Shown here piece after piece: positions 8,721 through 19,364 of a DNA stretch of 56,082 nt. This DNA is from a virus (Duplodnaviria > Caudoviricetes). The DNA lies in IMG/VR virus record IMGVR_UViG_3300030419_000877, positions 1 to 56,082 of that record. One strand, 5' to 3'. The position numbers and the translations under genes are program-made. How positions within the stretch are numbered: position 1 is the stretch's first letter; every line of letters starts with the position of its first letter. Under the pieces are notes generated by a model. The model made no database searches. It was not told the DNA's origin and was given only the letters and a program-made list of their open reading frames with translations.

Positions 8721-10192
8721 TGGCGTTTGCACAGAGTTTTGCTACCGCTTTTCTTAATGGCTTGACAGGTCAAATACAAGAGGCAAGAAAAGAAGGTAGA
8801 GAAGAAGTTAGCAGAAAGAAGCGTATTGCTGAACAAGCAGGATTGCCTCAATACTTAAAGAGACAAAAGAACTTCAACAGCTATATGGGTATAGCTAAGA
8901 CATTAATAGAAGACTACGGTGCAAACAGAGATTTAGTAAAAGTATTAGCTACTGACCCTGAAAAGTTACTTGGGGCAAATAAGTACATAGAAGACTTTAA
9001 AGCAAAATATGATGGAAGAAATCTTACACCTACTAGAATAAATGGTTTTCTAGGTTCTTTACGTTTAGCCACACCAGATGTAGATGCAGACGGTAAACCT
9101 CTGTCATTAAAAGAAGTAGTTGAAAGAACCGCAGGTCTTGCTGTGGCAAATACAGACATAGAGGCAGAAAAAGCAGATCCCGGAAAAATGGAAGATAACT
9201 TTCTATTCTCCCTATTTAACTTTAACTCAGAAGATAGAACAAAGCAGAAGCTTAGAGAACAAAAAGTTGGCGGTAAGTTTAACTACTATGACCTGTATAG
9301 AATGGGTCTTGAGGGCGATCCTACTTCTGATACCGTTCTTGGAGGTTTTGACTATTCGTTCTTACCTCAAGAGTTGAGCACTACTCAAATTAGAAGCATA
9401 GAAGACGCATTTGAAGACAATGTAAATGAATTAATGAGTGTAAGACTAGAAGAGCTAACCTCTATAAACATGGGAAAAATAACAGATAAGGATGAAAAGA
9501 AAAAAATTAACGATGAACGGTTACTACTTGAGAAACTTATAGATAATTATGGCACGGTTGCAAGTTTTACCAAACAAGCAAATGAACTGTATGGAGCAGG
9601 TTACTATAAAAATGTTATAATGACAGAAGGTAATGTAAAGGGGATACTAAGAAATGTAAGATCTTTAACACCTTCCATGAAAATAAACGTGGTAAAAGAA
9701 TTATTAGCAGATCCAAGAGCAGTAGAACAATTTGGTGAGGAAGAATTAGAAGGTATATTAGCTGAATTAGGAGGACAGCCTGAAAACACACTAGAAAAAC
9801 CCATAGGTAATAACACTCTTAAAAATGAAGAAAATAACAACAAAAATCTTGGCACTGAGATGAAAGAAGCTGATGGGGAAAAGAGTAAAGATGATAATTC
9901 ACCTAGCCAAAAAGTTATCAATGTGCCATCAGAAGATGCTTTAAAAGAACTGTTAGCCCCTGAACAAGGGATGAAAGAATTTATAGAAAATTTTACAGAA
10001 TTTCTTGAGATGTATACAGAAGATAAACTTCCTCAAAAATTACCCTCTGAGTATATGTTGCCAAAAGGTCAAGGTAATAGAAGAGTTAGAGAAAAATGGA
10101 GATTCGTACTTGGACAATATTACAATGATGATGGAACGAGGAAAGTTGTAGAACCAGTAACAAAAAAAAGTAGAAGAAGATCAAGAAGATGA
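8720..10192 (+). CDS. Putative internal virion protein
   Basis: 490 aa, amphipathic N-terminus, position in late operon. Confidence 0.6.
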   Translation: MAFAQSFATAFLNGLTGQIQEARKEGREEVSRKKRIAEQAGLPQYLKRQKNFNSYMGIAKTLIEDYGANRDLVKVLATDPEKLLGANKYIEDFKAKYDGRNLTPTRINGFLGSLRLATPDVDADGKPLSLKEVVERTAGLAVANTDIEAEKADPGKMEDNFLFSLFNFNSEDRTKQKLREQKVGGKFNYYDLYRMGLEGDPTSDTVLGGFDYSFLPQELSTTQIRSIEDAFEDNVNELMSVRLEELTSINMGKITDKDEKKKINDERLLLEKLIDNYGTVASFTKQANELYGAGYYKNVIMTEGNVKGILRNVRSLTPSMKINVVKELLADPRAVEQFGEEELEGILAELGGQPENTLEKPIGNNTLKNEENNNKNLGTEMKEADGEKSKDDNSPSQKVINVPSEDALKELLAPEQGMKEFIENFTEFLEMYTEDKLPQKLPSEYMLPKGQGNRRVREKWRFVLGQYYNDDGTRKVVEPVTKKSRRRSRR

Positions 10193-13100
10193 CAAATCGT
10201 TATTTAAAGCATTTAAGTGATGATGAAAAAGAACAATATACAGCACTTAAACAAGCAGAGGCAGTTAAGCCTCTAAAAGACGACCTACCAAAACTCACTC
10301 AAAATGACCTAAGAGAAAGTCCTGAAGCTCTTGAAACAATCAGAGCGTACATGGATGAACGCTTTGGTATAGATGAGATATCAAATTACACAGATGATGA
10401 GTTAGTGTCTGCTTATGTAAATAATATGCGTAGATTCCACGCAGGACAGTCTGTTGCCACTCTTGGTGAGGTATCTTGGCTACACAAAGCTGATCCAGAT
10501 AGTAAAACTGTGGCAGGGAATGCTTATGCTCTATTTGACCGCATGGAAAACATCTTTACTGGAAAGAGAAGCACCTTCTTGGAAAGACTAGATGGTGTAT
10601 ATGACTATGCCAGAGCAGCAGTTGTTGATCCTACTAACCTCATAGGGTTTGGTGCAGGACGTTTAGTGGCTACAGTGGGTACAAAATCCGCTGCAACACT
10701 TGCCAAGAAGTTAGCCATAGATGCCGCTCAAAAAGGTATAATGAAAAAAGCTAAAGGAAAAATAACAGCAAAAGAGGCACTTGATAAAGCCACTACAAAA
10801 GTTCTAAAAGAAAAGTCAGAGCGACAATTCTACAAAGAAGCTATGAAGACTTTTGCTGAGTCAGAATCAAAACGTAAAATAATTGGAAAAGAAGTTGGTG
10901 CGGCTCTTGGAACAGATATGGCACTTGCAATGGGTGTGGACTATGCTTATCAGCAAGGCATGATTACTGCAGACAGGCAAGAATCATACAGCACTTTTCA
11001 AACAGGATTAACAGCTATGGGAGGTTTAATTGCTCCTGCCTTTACTGTAGCAACTAAAGCTGTGAGGGGAAAGACTGCAAAAATAGGAAGATTAGAGGTA
11101 GAAGCACCTGAAGTAGGGTTTGGACAAAAGCTAAAGGAAGACCAAAAGAAAAACATTAAGAAACACCTAACAGGTGTAACAAAGGAATTAGATGATTTTT
11201 GGAGATTATATGCGAATGATGGTGTCCCAAGTCTTACCACAAAAGAAGCGGCTACTCTTGGTGAAGCACAATTAAAAGCAACAGGGTTTAAAACACTTAC
11301 ACCAGACGAAACATCCTTTTGGAAAATATTTGTGAAAGGTAGTGATGACTTAAATGTTAGAGGGTTAGCCCAAGCCTTATATGAAAGTGGGGCTAGATGG
11401 TATGGTCCTCGATTTGAAGGGGATAGCTTCACAAATTGGATGGGTGATGTTATAAGAAATATGCCTAAAGAAGAAATGGGTGAGTTTATAGCAAAGATAA
11501 AGTCTGTTACAAAAAATATACCAGAGTATGATAAGGCATTAAAAAAATATAGAGATGATGTCTTAGAGGTATCGGAAAACCACAGTCTTACAGATGAAGA
11601 AACTATGAATTTTTTCGCTAATATGTTTGTACAACACTATAGTGATGCAGGAAGACGCTCACAGGTGATGAGCTTTGCAGCACAAACACTATCTGCAAAT
11701 GAAAAAATTGCAACAACAACAAAAGCGTTATTAGAGGCAAACCTTGACCCCATATCTGACGCAACAAGAAAAACAATAGAAACGACTAATTATATTCAGA
11801 GATCTGTTATACGAAACTTGGTTACTAATCCCGGCACAACTGCTTTAAACATAATAGGTTGGTATGGGTATAGCTCTCTACAAAGTTTTACTGACCTCAC
11901 ACATTCTGCTCTTTATGGAGGTGGGGGATTTTTAAAGAAGCTAGTGGGTAATGAAGAAAGTTCTAAAGAGCTATTTAGAAAAGCTAAAGCTCTTAGAGGG
12001 TTGCAACTAAAAAAAGTTAGAAACACTTTAGATCCTGTAACCACACAAGAAGCTTTTTTAGATTATTTAGATGCTAGACCTGATGTTGCTAAAAAGATGA
12101 TGCAATATTTAGCAGGAGGTATTGAAACAGAGGATGTTTTAAAGAAAGCAGGTTTTGACCCTGCTCAAGACGTGTTTAAGGGTGGTTTAGAAAAATATAC
12201 AGATTTTTTTCAAACAATTTATGGCACGAAAGCACAGGATATCGTTACAAAGTCGATTGAGTTTATGTATAATATAGAGAAGGGTCTTCAACTCAAGTAT
12301 GGTATGACTTATAAAGAACTTGTAAACTCAGGCAAAATAGATGATATGTTGTCCACTAATGATTTTTTAAAAATAGAAAGTAAAGCTATAGACGACACAC
12401 TAAAATCTGTTTTTGGTAAAAAGTATGGAAAGCTAGACTTTAAAAACCCTGTGAGGTTAGTAGCTTATGGTATAGAAGAATTTAGAAAGATACCTGTCGT
12501 TGGTCTTTCCCTACCCTTTGGTCAATTTTTTAATAACACCGTAGCATTTATGGCAGATTATTCTGGTGTAAATGTTGCGTCTAGTGTTTGGAACAGAAAG
12601 GATTACTTTTCTACAAATAAGAAACTTAGAAAATTATTTTTAGATAGTGCAGAAGAAAAAGCGGAGAAAGCAAGGGCTAGTGCCATAAGAAAAGGGGAGA
12701 GAACAGACCCTGATTCCAACACAGGCAAATACATTAGTGAATTAACCTCAGAAGATAAAATTCAACAGTATATAAGTGAAAATAATACCATAAAGTATAC
12801 AGAGGGCGATCTAACTCAGTCGATGATAAAAATGGCTATTGGGTGGTCTTACGTTTGGATGAAATCTTTTCAAGAAGAGAAAAATATAGAGGAAGGACTT
12901 GCGTGGGATCAAGAAAGAGATGCAGATTTTATAGGAGGAAAGGGAGCAGCACTTACCACTAAACAGTATGACTACCCTGAATCGTTATTTAAGTATGGTG
13001 CTAGGATAATGGCACACAAACGAAGAGGAGAGGAAATTCCTACAGAAACAGGTAGGGTTTTTTGGGATGTTTTTGGTTTAGGACAGTTTGATAGAAGTCT

Positions 13101-13905
13101 TGGCACGTATGAGAGAGGCATAGGTAATATTATATTAGGTATAGTTACAGGTGAGCTAGACAGCTTCATAAGTGACTCTGCACCAACTATATGGGGAGAG
13201 GCATACTCAACAGTAGGTGCAGGTATGACAAGACCTCTTGATCCAATCAATCAAATGATAGCATTGTCTCAAGGAGAAAACTACGTAAATGTGGATAGAA
13301 GACAGGGTAATAAATACTTTAATAGAAGTATAAGATACGTAGACGCAATTTTTAATTCTATGTTGGACAAACCAGAAAAGGCAAGTGCTACCTCCGACAT
13401 ACGAAAAGGAGCAGGGACAACAAAAGTTCTAGGGTACAGAGAAGTGCCTAAGCAGAGTTATACAGAGAGGATGTTTAACGTAATAGGTAAACCGAATTGG
13501 AGAGTTGGATTCTTCGGTGATATACCAGAAGCGGATGCAAGGCTAAATCAAAGACTTTTTTATTACTTGGAGGATGCAGCAAAAACAGCATTCTTAAAAA
13601 AGGGTTTTAAAGATATGTCCACAGCACAGAAAGAAACATTTGTTAAAGACTTACTAATGAGAGCAAAAAGAAAAACAAAAGAGAGCCTTAAAAACTCTTT
13701 ATTGGTATCAGACAAATCACTTGAAAAAATGTATAGTCTTGATAAAAAATATAATGATAAAGTTTTACGAAAAGCTTTAAAAGATTTAGGTTATGATAAA
13801 GATTTAGATGATTTAAACTTTGAAGAATTAGAAATGTTAGACAGCTATATAAGCAGTAACACTCAGTATACTAAACGTAAATCTAAAAGTATTATGGAAT
13901 ACTAA
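10189..13905 (+). CDS. Large internal virion (ejectosome-like) protein
   Basis: 1238 aa helical protein, DPTNLIGFGAG motif, last gene of late arm as in T7-like gp16 position. Confidence 0.65.
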   Translation: MTNRYLKHLSDDEKEQYTALKQAEAVKPLKDDLPKLTQNDLRESPEALETIRAYMDERFGIDEISNYTDDELVSAYVNNMRRFHAGQSVATLGEVSWLHKADPDSKTVAGNAYALFDRMENIFTGKRSTFLERLDGVYDYARAAVVDPTNLIGFGAGRLVATVGTKSAATLAKKLAIDAAQKGIMKKAKGKITAKEALDKATTKVLKEKSERQFYKEAMKTFAESESKRKIIGKEVGAALGTDMALAMGVDYAYQQGMITADRQESYSTFQTGLTAMGGLIAPAFTVATKAVRGKTAKIGRLEVEAPEVGFGQKLKEDQKKNIKKHLTGVTKELDDFWRLYANDGVPSLTTKEAATLGEAQLKATGFKTLTPDETSFWKIFVKGSDDLNVRGLAQALYESGARWYGPRFEGDSFTNWMGDVIRNMPKEEMGEFIAKIKSVTKNIPEYDKALKKYRDDVLEVSENHSLTDEETMNFFANMFVQHYSDAGRRSQVMSFAAQTLSANEKIATTTKALLEANLDPISDATRKTIETTNYIQRSVIRNLVTNPGTTALNIIGWYGYSSLQSFTDLTHSALYGGGGFLKKLVGNEESSKELFRKAKALRGLQLKKVRNTLDPVTTQEAFLDYLDARPDVAKKMMQYLAGGIETEDVLKKAGFDPAQDVFKGGLEKYTDFFQTIYGTKAQDIVTKSIEFMYNIEKGLQLKYGMTYKELVNSGKIDDMLSTNDFLKIESKAIDDTLKSVFGKKYGKLDFKNPVRLVAYGIEEFRKIPVVGLSLPFGQFFNNTVAFMADYSGVNVASSVWNRKDYFSTNKKLRKLFLDSAEEKAEKARASAIRKGERTDPDSNTGKYISELTSEDKIQQYISENNTIKYTEGDLTQSMIKMAIGWSYVWMKSFQEEKNIEEGLAWDQERDADFIGGKGAALTTKQYDYPESLFKYGARIMAHKRRGEEIPTETGRVFWDVFGLGQFDRSLGTYERGIGNIILGIVTGELDSFISDSAPTIWGEAYSTVGAGMTRPLDPINQMIALSQGENYVNVDRRQGNKYFNRSIRYVDAIFNSMLDKPEKASATSDIRKGAGTTKVLGYREVPKQSYTERMFNVIGKPNWRVGFFGDIPEADARLNQRLFYYLEDAAKTAFLKKGFKDMSTAQKETFVKDLLMRAKRKTKESLKNSLLVSDKSLEKMYSLDKKYNDKVLRKALKDLGYDKDLDDLNFEELEMLDSYISSNTQYTKRKSKSIMEY

Positions 13906-13930
13906 AAAGAAAGGGGCTTTCGCCCCTCTC
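13904..13930 (-). terminator. Rho-independent terminator between the convergent arms
   Basis: Minus strand GAGAGGGGC-GAAA-GCCCCUUUC followed by a U run. Confidence 0.85.
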
Positions 13931-13934
13931 AATG

Positions 13935-14171
13935 TTAATACCATTTGGTATATAACTTAAATGGATCTGATGTCCATGAAGATGAATAGCTTGTAACACC
14001 AAGAGCTTTTAGCTCATCACGTACAGCTTCATCGGCAGACTTACGTGCTTCCATAGCAGATTTAAGACCTGCCATTCTTTTTTCACGATAAGCTTTTTTC
14101 ATTTCTCCGAGTTGAGATTCCAACTCTTTGATTTCCTTTGCCATATCTTCAAGACTTATATCACTTTCCAT
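13935..14171 (-). CDS. Small coiled-coil hypothetical protein
   Basis: GGAGG RBS before ATG at 14171 (shorter than ORF-track call). Confidence 0.65.
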   Translation of the reverse strand: MESDISLEDMAKEIKELESQLGEMKKAYREKRMAGLKSAMEARKSADEAVRDELKALGVTSYSSSWTSDPFKLYTKWY

Positions 14172-14412
14172 ATTGACCTCCGTTTTTTTGAAAGCTTTTT
14201 CTGCTTCTTTCCTCGCTGTGTTCATCCAACCTCTCCAAGTTTCGATAATATGCGACAGTGAAGCCACGTTCCCATTCTTTAAACGATTTACTGTTTGGGT
14301 AATATGGGTTGCCCATCAGCATCTTTGTGTTAGGAATTAGCTTTCCCTTTCTAAAGACCCTGAATCCCTGCCTAAAAGGTGTGTCTTTTACTTCTTTAAG
14401 TTGTTGTTTCAT
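14161..14412 (-). CDS. Hypothetical protein
   Basis: NPY....KEWERGF motif, overlapping neighbours. Confidence 0.6.
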   Translation of the reverse strand: MKQQLKEVKDTPFRQGFRVFRKGKLIPNTKMLMGNPYYPNSKSFKEWERGFTVAYYRNLERLDEHSEERSRKSFQKNGGQYGK

Positions 14413-14632
14413 TATTAGTAAGTTTACCTATTTCAGAACATGCAATATAAAGAACTTCAGAACCTTTTTCTTTTTTCTGTATGTGTTCTTTTAATGTTTT
14501 ATTAATGTGTACATTATATTTATTTAAGTATGTTACACATTCTTCGGTTGTTTCAAACGTAACCGCTTTATATTGAACCACGTTGACCATACCATTTAAA
14601 AGGAGTGTTGCGTATATAATCACAGTTCCCAT
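14396..14632 (-). CDS. Hypothetical protein with hydrophobic N-terminus
   Basis: AGGAG RBS; F.T.EEC...C pattern. Confidence 0.55.
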   Translation of the reverse strand: MGTVIIYATLLLNGMVNVVQYKAVTFETTEECVTYLNKYNVHINKTLKEHIQKKEKGSEVLYIACSEIGKLTNNETTT

Positions 14633-14633
14633 T

Positions 14634-16520
14634 TTAAGCTCCTATATCTACTATTTCACAGCTATCGCCAGAACATGCAAAAGTCTGTGAAGATTTGGTT
14701 GTGTCTTCTTTCTCATAATTCATAAAGGATTTCCAATCTATCTTTCCGAATTTACCGCTAAACTCATTGTATACATCTTCTGTACACTCCTGATAGGGGG
14801 CTTGTTGGTAAGTATGATCGGAGTGTGGTAAGAAGGACACTCCTGACATTTCGTCAAAGTGTTCAAACACAAAAGCACCTACTTCCATCCACTCGTCATC
14901 CCTCACAGAAACGGTCACTGATGGCTTGTGCTCACACCAGTGCCTCTGGTATATGAGCCAAGTCTCTAGCTGTTCTATGGCTGTTAAATCGTCCCTCATA
15001 ACGGATTTCTTTGGGGATTTCATAGGAAAGCTAAAAACCGTCTGTGTATCAGGCTTCATAAAGTCTGGTTCGCTTGGCACTCCACTGTCAATCATAAACT
15101 TAGTAAGAGGATCTTTATTATCACCCCTGACAGTCCTAACATAATAAGAGCTATGACGAGGGTGGATACCAGAGCTTGAGTCAACAAGTTGTGATACTGT
15201 ACCGCTTGGTTTAACGCAGGTGATAGCGGTGCTTTGGGGGATACCAAAGATGTGTGACCACTCTTTGTTTGTTTCGACTGCGACTTCTCTGAGTGTTTCA
15301 AGGGTTCTTTCAAGTCCATGTTTTTGTCCACTGGTTAATGGGTTATCCATTATTCCTGTAAGGCTAACACCAAGTAGTCTTTCTTCTTCTGTGTTATTCT
15401 TCCACACCTTACGAAGATAAGGGAACTTTGTAAGAGTAGACTGTGCCGTACCAAGTATAGTCGCTAACATAACCTTTCTCTTCAAATCTTCAAACTTATC
15501 CTTCTCTCGTATCACGACCTCTGTAAGGTTACAGAATTGATAAGGTCTAAGTATAATTTCACTACAGGGATTAGTGCCAAACTCATGGTCAGGGTCTCTC
15601 CTGCCAAACTTACTTGCTTGTGCCTTAGCAGATATTCTATTAAATATGCCACGCTCTCCTGACTTAGATTCTACAAGAGATAACCACTCACGCAAGAAGG
15701 TTTCACCATCAGGCTTATCAGTGTAGCACACACTGTTGTTTGATAAAGCCATTTGTGGTGCAGTTTCCCACCATTGTCCTGACTTAGCGTGTCTCATACG
15801 TCCATCGGAGAGGTTAGACAAACTTATCATAGCAGAACGTCTGACCCCACCAGAGACTACGACCTCTCCTACCTTGCACATAAGGTTGTGGCAATCGTAG
15901 CTTGATAGTTTACGTCCTGCATTATGCTTAAATAATGACACAGTAAACTTAAAAAGGTCAACTAAAGGGGCAGGACCACTGGCTCGTCCACCAAATATCT
16001 TTAGCCTAGAACCTGCAGGTCTTACCTTAGAGACATCCCAAAGAGGCACTTCACCCATATATAAATGTCCTATAAGTCTACGCAATGCTTTTGCCCAACC
16101 TTCTTTACTATCATCAACTACTATCGTTGTATCACAAGGCTCAACTTTCTCAGGTATATCAGGTAGCTTACTAACGTACTGCCTCTCCACAGAGAAGCCA
16201 ACACCAGTACCACACAATAATATATACATGGCTTCATCAAAGGACTTTGGATCATCCACTGGTAGATAACTACAGTTATAACCTGCGGTGTTGTCTCTAT
16301 CTAACGCAGACCCTGCGGTCATAAGTGCTCTCATAGAGGGCATAACTTCCAAATTGTATATAGCATCATATATTTGTTTTTTAGGTAGATGCCCTTTGAC
16401 CTTCTCTGTAATATAATCTACATAACGAGACACAGTTTCTTCCCAATATTCTCGTCTTCCTGCCTCATCTATCCATCTTGCGTATCTTGAAACTGCTATA
16501 AAATTCTGATAATCATTCAT
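14634..16520 (-). CDS. nrdJ: Class II (adenosylcobalamin-dependent) ribonucleotide reductase
   Basis: PSMRAL, YNCS, GTGVGFS, GGVRRSA, TNPCSEI, FCNL, VKPSGT, C-terminal CSGDSC; no beta subunit gene. Confidence 0.92.
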   Translation of the reverse strand: MNDYQNFIAVSRYARWIDEAGRREYWEETVSRYVDYITEKVKGHLPKKQIYDAIYNLEVMPSMRALMTAGSALDRDNTAGYNCSYLPVDDPKSFDEAMYILLCGTGVGFSVERQYVSKLPDIPEKVEPCDTTIVVDDSKEGWAKALRRLIGHLYMGEVPLWDVSKVRPAGSRLKIFGGRASGPAPLVDLFKFTVSLFKHNAGRKLSSYDCHNLMCKVGEVVVSGGVRRSAMISLSNLSDGRMRHAKSGQWWETAPQMALSNNSVCYTDKPDGETFLREWLSLVESKSGERGIFNRISAKAQASKFGRRDPDHEFGTNPCSEIILRPYQFCNLTEVVIREKDKFEDLKRKVMLATILGTAQSTLTKFPYLRKVWKNNTEEERLLGVSLTGIMDNPLTSGQKHGLERTLETLREVAVETNKEWSHIFGIPQSTAITCVKPSGTVSQLVDSSSGIHPRHSSYYVRTVRGDNKDPLTKFMIDSGVPSEPDFMKPDTQTVFSFPMKSPKKSVMRDDLTAIEQLETWLIYQRHWCEHKPSVTVSVRDDEWMEVGAFVFEHFDEMSGVSFLPHSDHTYQQAPYQECTEDVYNEFSGKFGKIDWKSFMNYEKEDTTKSSQTFACSGDSCEIVDIGA

Positions 16521-16686
16521 GCTTCTTTATTTTCACTCCCTCTAGCTTTACACCATCAATATCGAAAAAATAGTCTGTCAAGATATCTTTTAGGGCTTGT
16601 TCGTCCCCCTCTTTACCATCATAGTTGACAGGTAATATATTCTCTTCTTCGTCTACTATTAGTATCATGTTTACTGTAAATTTCAT
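16513..16686 (-). CDS. Small acidic hypothetical protein (57 aa, not in ORF track)
   Basis: MKFTVNMILIVDEEENILP...KIKKHE*, overlaps both neighbours. Confidence 0.6.
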   Translation of the reverse strand: MKFTVNMILIVDEEENILPVNYDGKEGDEQALKDILTDYFFDIDGVKLEGVKIKKHE

Positions 16687-16898
16687 TTCTCTAACTCTTC
16701 AATTAGCCACTCTAAATACTGTTTACCTTTCTTTAAATCACCAGTAGGGTTTCCCTTATAATCAAATCTATGAATATATTTGTGAACATTCCCCTCACAG
16801 TAATATCTAAAGTTTTTACCTAGTTGTTGTCTGATGTAGTCTATACATTCCATACCACCTTTATTATAATGTGGAGGATTTTTTACTTCATCTTTCAT
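16683..16898 (-). CDS. DUF3310 / T7 gp1.7-like nucleotide kinase domain protein
   Basis: VKNPPHY..GGMECID...GNVHKY..R...KG...DLKK. Confidence 0.85.
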   Translation of the reverse strand: MKDEVKNPPHYNKGGMECIDYIRQQLGKNFRYYCEGNVHKYIHRFDYKGNPTGDLKKGKQYLEWLIEELEK

Positions 16899-17211
16899 CT
16901 TTTTTGCTCCAATCTATTCTAATAATGTTGTCTTTATTTTCTACGACTTCGAGCTTAGGAACTTTAGGTGTGTGTTTTTGTATAAAACCAGACATCATGT
17001 GTCTAAACTCAGAATCAATTTCCATTATTCTAATGACTTCCATCATAATTGTCAACATATCAATTACACCATCATGCGTCCCTTTGTCCCACTTATTATC
17101 ATCACTGTATAATAAACTAAACGTACTCTCGCCTGTGGCTCTACCAAGATCGTCTGTATCAACGGATATAACCAGAGCATAATCATCTTTTTTTATATAT
17201 TGTTCTTCCAT
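16888..17211 (-). CDS. Hypothetical protein
   Basis: 107 aa ORF in operon, C-terminal DNIIRIDW. Confidence 0.6.
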   Translation of the reverse strand: MEEQYIKKDDYALVISVDTDDLGRATGESTFSLLYSDDNKWDKGTHDGVIDMLTIMMEVIRIMEIDSEFRHMMSGFIQKHTPKVPKLEVVENKDNIIRIDWSKKDER

Positions 17212-17215
17212 GAGA

Positions 17216-17605
17216 CTATAGTTTTATCCTTTTTTTCCGTTCTGTCAACCATTGTTTTGGTATCTCTTGATGTGCGTATAAAAAGCCATGTTTTTTGCAC
17301 CAATCGGAGTACCGTGTTTTAGACCCTTTCCTTAAAAAGTTATTTGCATTTTGAAATAAAAACCGTATATCTAGGTCAGGGTATTGTTCTTTTATTAGTA
17401 AATGTTTTGTTCTGTCACTTGGTCTTAGCCATCCTTTCGCTTCAATAATAATACCATTGTTAAGAATAAAGTCAGGCTTATAGTATCTATACCGTAAGAC
17501 AGTGTATTTGATTTTGATTTCTTCATACCTAACCTTTTGTTTTACTGACCTAAGCCATTTTGCTACATCATGCTCGAACTTGCTCTTTAACTTCAGTTTT
17601 GCCAT
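17216..17605 (-). CDS. T7 endonuclease I-like Holliday junction resolvase
   Basis: SKFE...YE...YKPDFIL.NGIIIEAKG....DRTKH...DIRFLFQ...YSDWC. Confidence 0.9.
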   Translation of the reverse strand: MAKLKLKSKFEHDVAKWLRSVKQKVRYEEIKIKYTVLRYRYYKPDFILNNGIIIEAKGWLRPSDRTKHLLIKEQYPDLDIRFLFQNANNFLRKGSKTRYSDWCKKHGFLYAHQEIPKQWLTERKKRIKL

Positions 17606-18446
17606 CTGCAACCTTTACATAATTAATAAGAGGAGGGTTTGAAGACTTTGAAACTTTAGAAGGCAAGACTTGAAGATCCGTCCAACAAGCGTCCTTAAAA
17701 GAACATAAACTACACTCAATGCCTAACTTAGTGTTACCACTAGCCTTGCCGTAGTATGTCTCCTCTATGGGTTCATAACATCTCTCAAAAGGCTCATCAT
17801 CTTCTATGTAAGCAATAGTTTCATCTATCTTCTTTAATTCTTCATCCATGTCGAGATCGTCTGCATCAACATATTTGAAGTTTCCGTTGGCTTTATTAAC
17901 TGCCCACCAACCTCCTGCCTTTACTCCTCTAGCCTTAGCATATCCTGCGAGTTGTGCAACATAACCAAAACTATCTTTACTCTTTAATGTGTTGAAGTCC
18001 ACGAATTTGTTTTCGTAAGACCAAGGTGACGTAGACTTTACATCATCTACTTTATCGTTTAGAACTAAGTCATAACTCCCCTCTATATCTTTCTTTTTAG
18101 TTTTTAATACTACCTTTTTACTGTCCTCAAACTTTACTTTAGAGGCTCGTAGAAGTCCTTTAAATACCGCTTCTACAATATCCCCTAGTATCATATTGAT
18201 TAAGAAGTAAGGCGAATCAGATTGTCTTTTCTCAGGGTGGTTCTTTTCAAACCAAAGCTGACACTTCTTACGTCCCAAGTTAGACATACGAAGTTTAAAC
18301 TTACGCTTTTCCCCTGAGAACTGACGAGCTAGAGCACTCTCTACATCTTTGGCTATGTGGTGGAGGGTAGCCTTATTCATCTTGGCTTTACCAAGTGAAA
18401 CTTTCTGTAGAAACTCATGTATCGCCAGTTCTGCAGGATGGTTCAT
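17568..18446 (-). CDS. PD-(D/E)XK exonuclease (Cas4/RecB-like)
   Basis: RMSNLGRKKCQLW, GSYD...DVKS, QLAGY, C-terminal CSLCSFKDACW. Confidence 0.8.
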   Translation of the reverse strand: MNHPAELAIHEFLQKVSLGKAKMNKATLHHIAKDVESALARQFSGEKRKFKLRMSNLGRKKCQLWFEKNHPEKRQSDSPYFLINMILGDIVEAVFKGLLRASKVKFEDSKKVVLKTKKKDIEGSYDLVLNDKVDDVKSTSPWSYENKFVDFNTLKSKDSFGYVAQLAGYAKARGVKAGGWWAVNKANGNFKYVDADDLDMDEELKKIDETIAYIEDDEPFERCYEPIEETYYGKASGNTKLGIECSLCSFKDACWTDLQVLPSKVSKSSNPPLINYVKVADGKTEVKEQVRA

Positions 18447-19328
18447 CTATTCTTCCTCAATCTCTACGATAGAAGATACAATGTCCTCGTCTGCTTGAGA
18501 CAATTCCTCTGGTCTTCTATGCTCTTCCCATTTGGAAAGAGTGATTGAGTTCATAGATTCAACCCACTCAACAAAGCTATTCAGCGTTTCTTGGTCATCA
18601 GTGGTAATCTCTACTTCACCCCCTAGAGAGGCTTTGACAACTGCGTATGTCGCACCACTAGGAATACTCTTTAATTCACTAGACAACTTTAGATTATGCT
18701 GAATAGGAAGACGGTTCTTCCGTTGTATCATACCAAAAATATCTGCCATAGCTTTGAAGCTATCACGATTTTTGATACGCATAAAGAAAGGGAACTCTTT
18801 AACGTCAACAGACTTACCGTTCTCATCCTTCGCATCATCGAGTGTACACATTCCGAATATGATCTTGTACCTTTTGGTACTCCTCATAACGTCCTGTGTT
18901 TCTTGTGGCAAGGACGAAAAGTCCTTGACATAACCAGAAGGTCTACCGCAGTTGAAACCTCCGTAGTTATCCTTTAAATCCACTGTAAGAGACTTACCCA
19001 TTACAGATCGTAACATTCTGCCAGAACCACCGTCAGGTCTGGTGAAGTTATCATCCCACCGTTCCCACTGAAACCTTTGCATAAAAGGTCTAATGGTTAT
19101 TGTAGAACTGTAATATACAGTCTCGTCAGGGAAAGTAACAGAGTACGCACCTGCCTTAATTACGGCAACCTCCATATTTTCTCCATCAACCTTTTTAGTC
19201 CCCATGATGTTCTGGTGAACTTGCTTTATCTCTGCAAGAGCAGAGCGTGATGATGGAGGTGTATTGGACATTCCCATAATGTCTGCCAAGCTTTCCTTCG
19301 TACCCATAACTGCTAAATTGTTTTCCAT
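18447..19328 (-). CDS. Putative single-stranded DNA-binding protein
   Basis: Position after PolA, acidic C-terminus, AAGGAG RBS before ATG 19328. Confidence 0.55.
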   Translation of the reverse strand: MENNLAVMGTKESLADIMGMSNTPPSSRSALAEIKQVHQNIMGTKKVDGENMEVAVIKAGAYSVTFPDETVYYSSTITIRPFMQRFQWERWDDNFTRPDGGSGRMLRSVMGKSLTVDLKDNYGGFNCGRPSGYVKDFSSLPQETQDVMRSTKRYKIIFGMCTLDDAKDENGKSVDVKEFPFFMRIKNRDSFKAMADIFGMIQRKNRLPIQHNLKLSSELKSIPSGATYAVVKASLGGEVEITTDDQETLNSFVEWVESMNSITLSKWEEHRRPEELSQADEDIVSSIVEIEEE

Positions 19329-19364
19329 TGTTTGTTTCTCCTTAAAACGAATCATTGGATAATA

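Noticed and set aside
17568-18446. CRISPR-associated Cas4
   Set aside because: No array or other cas genes; ordinary replication-module exonuclease
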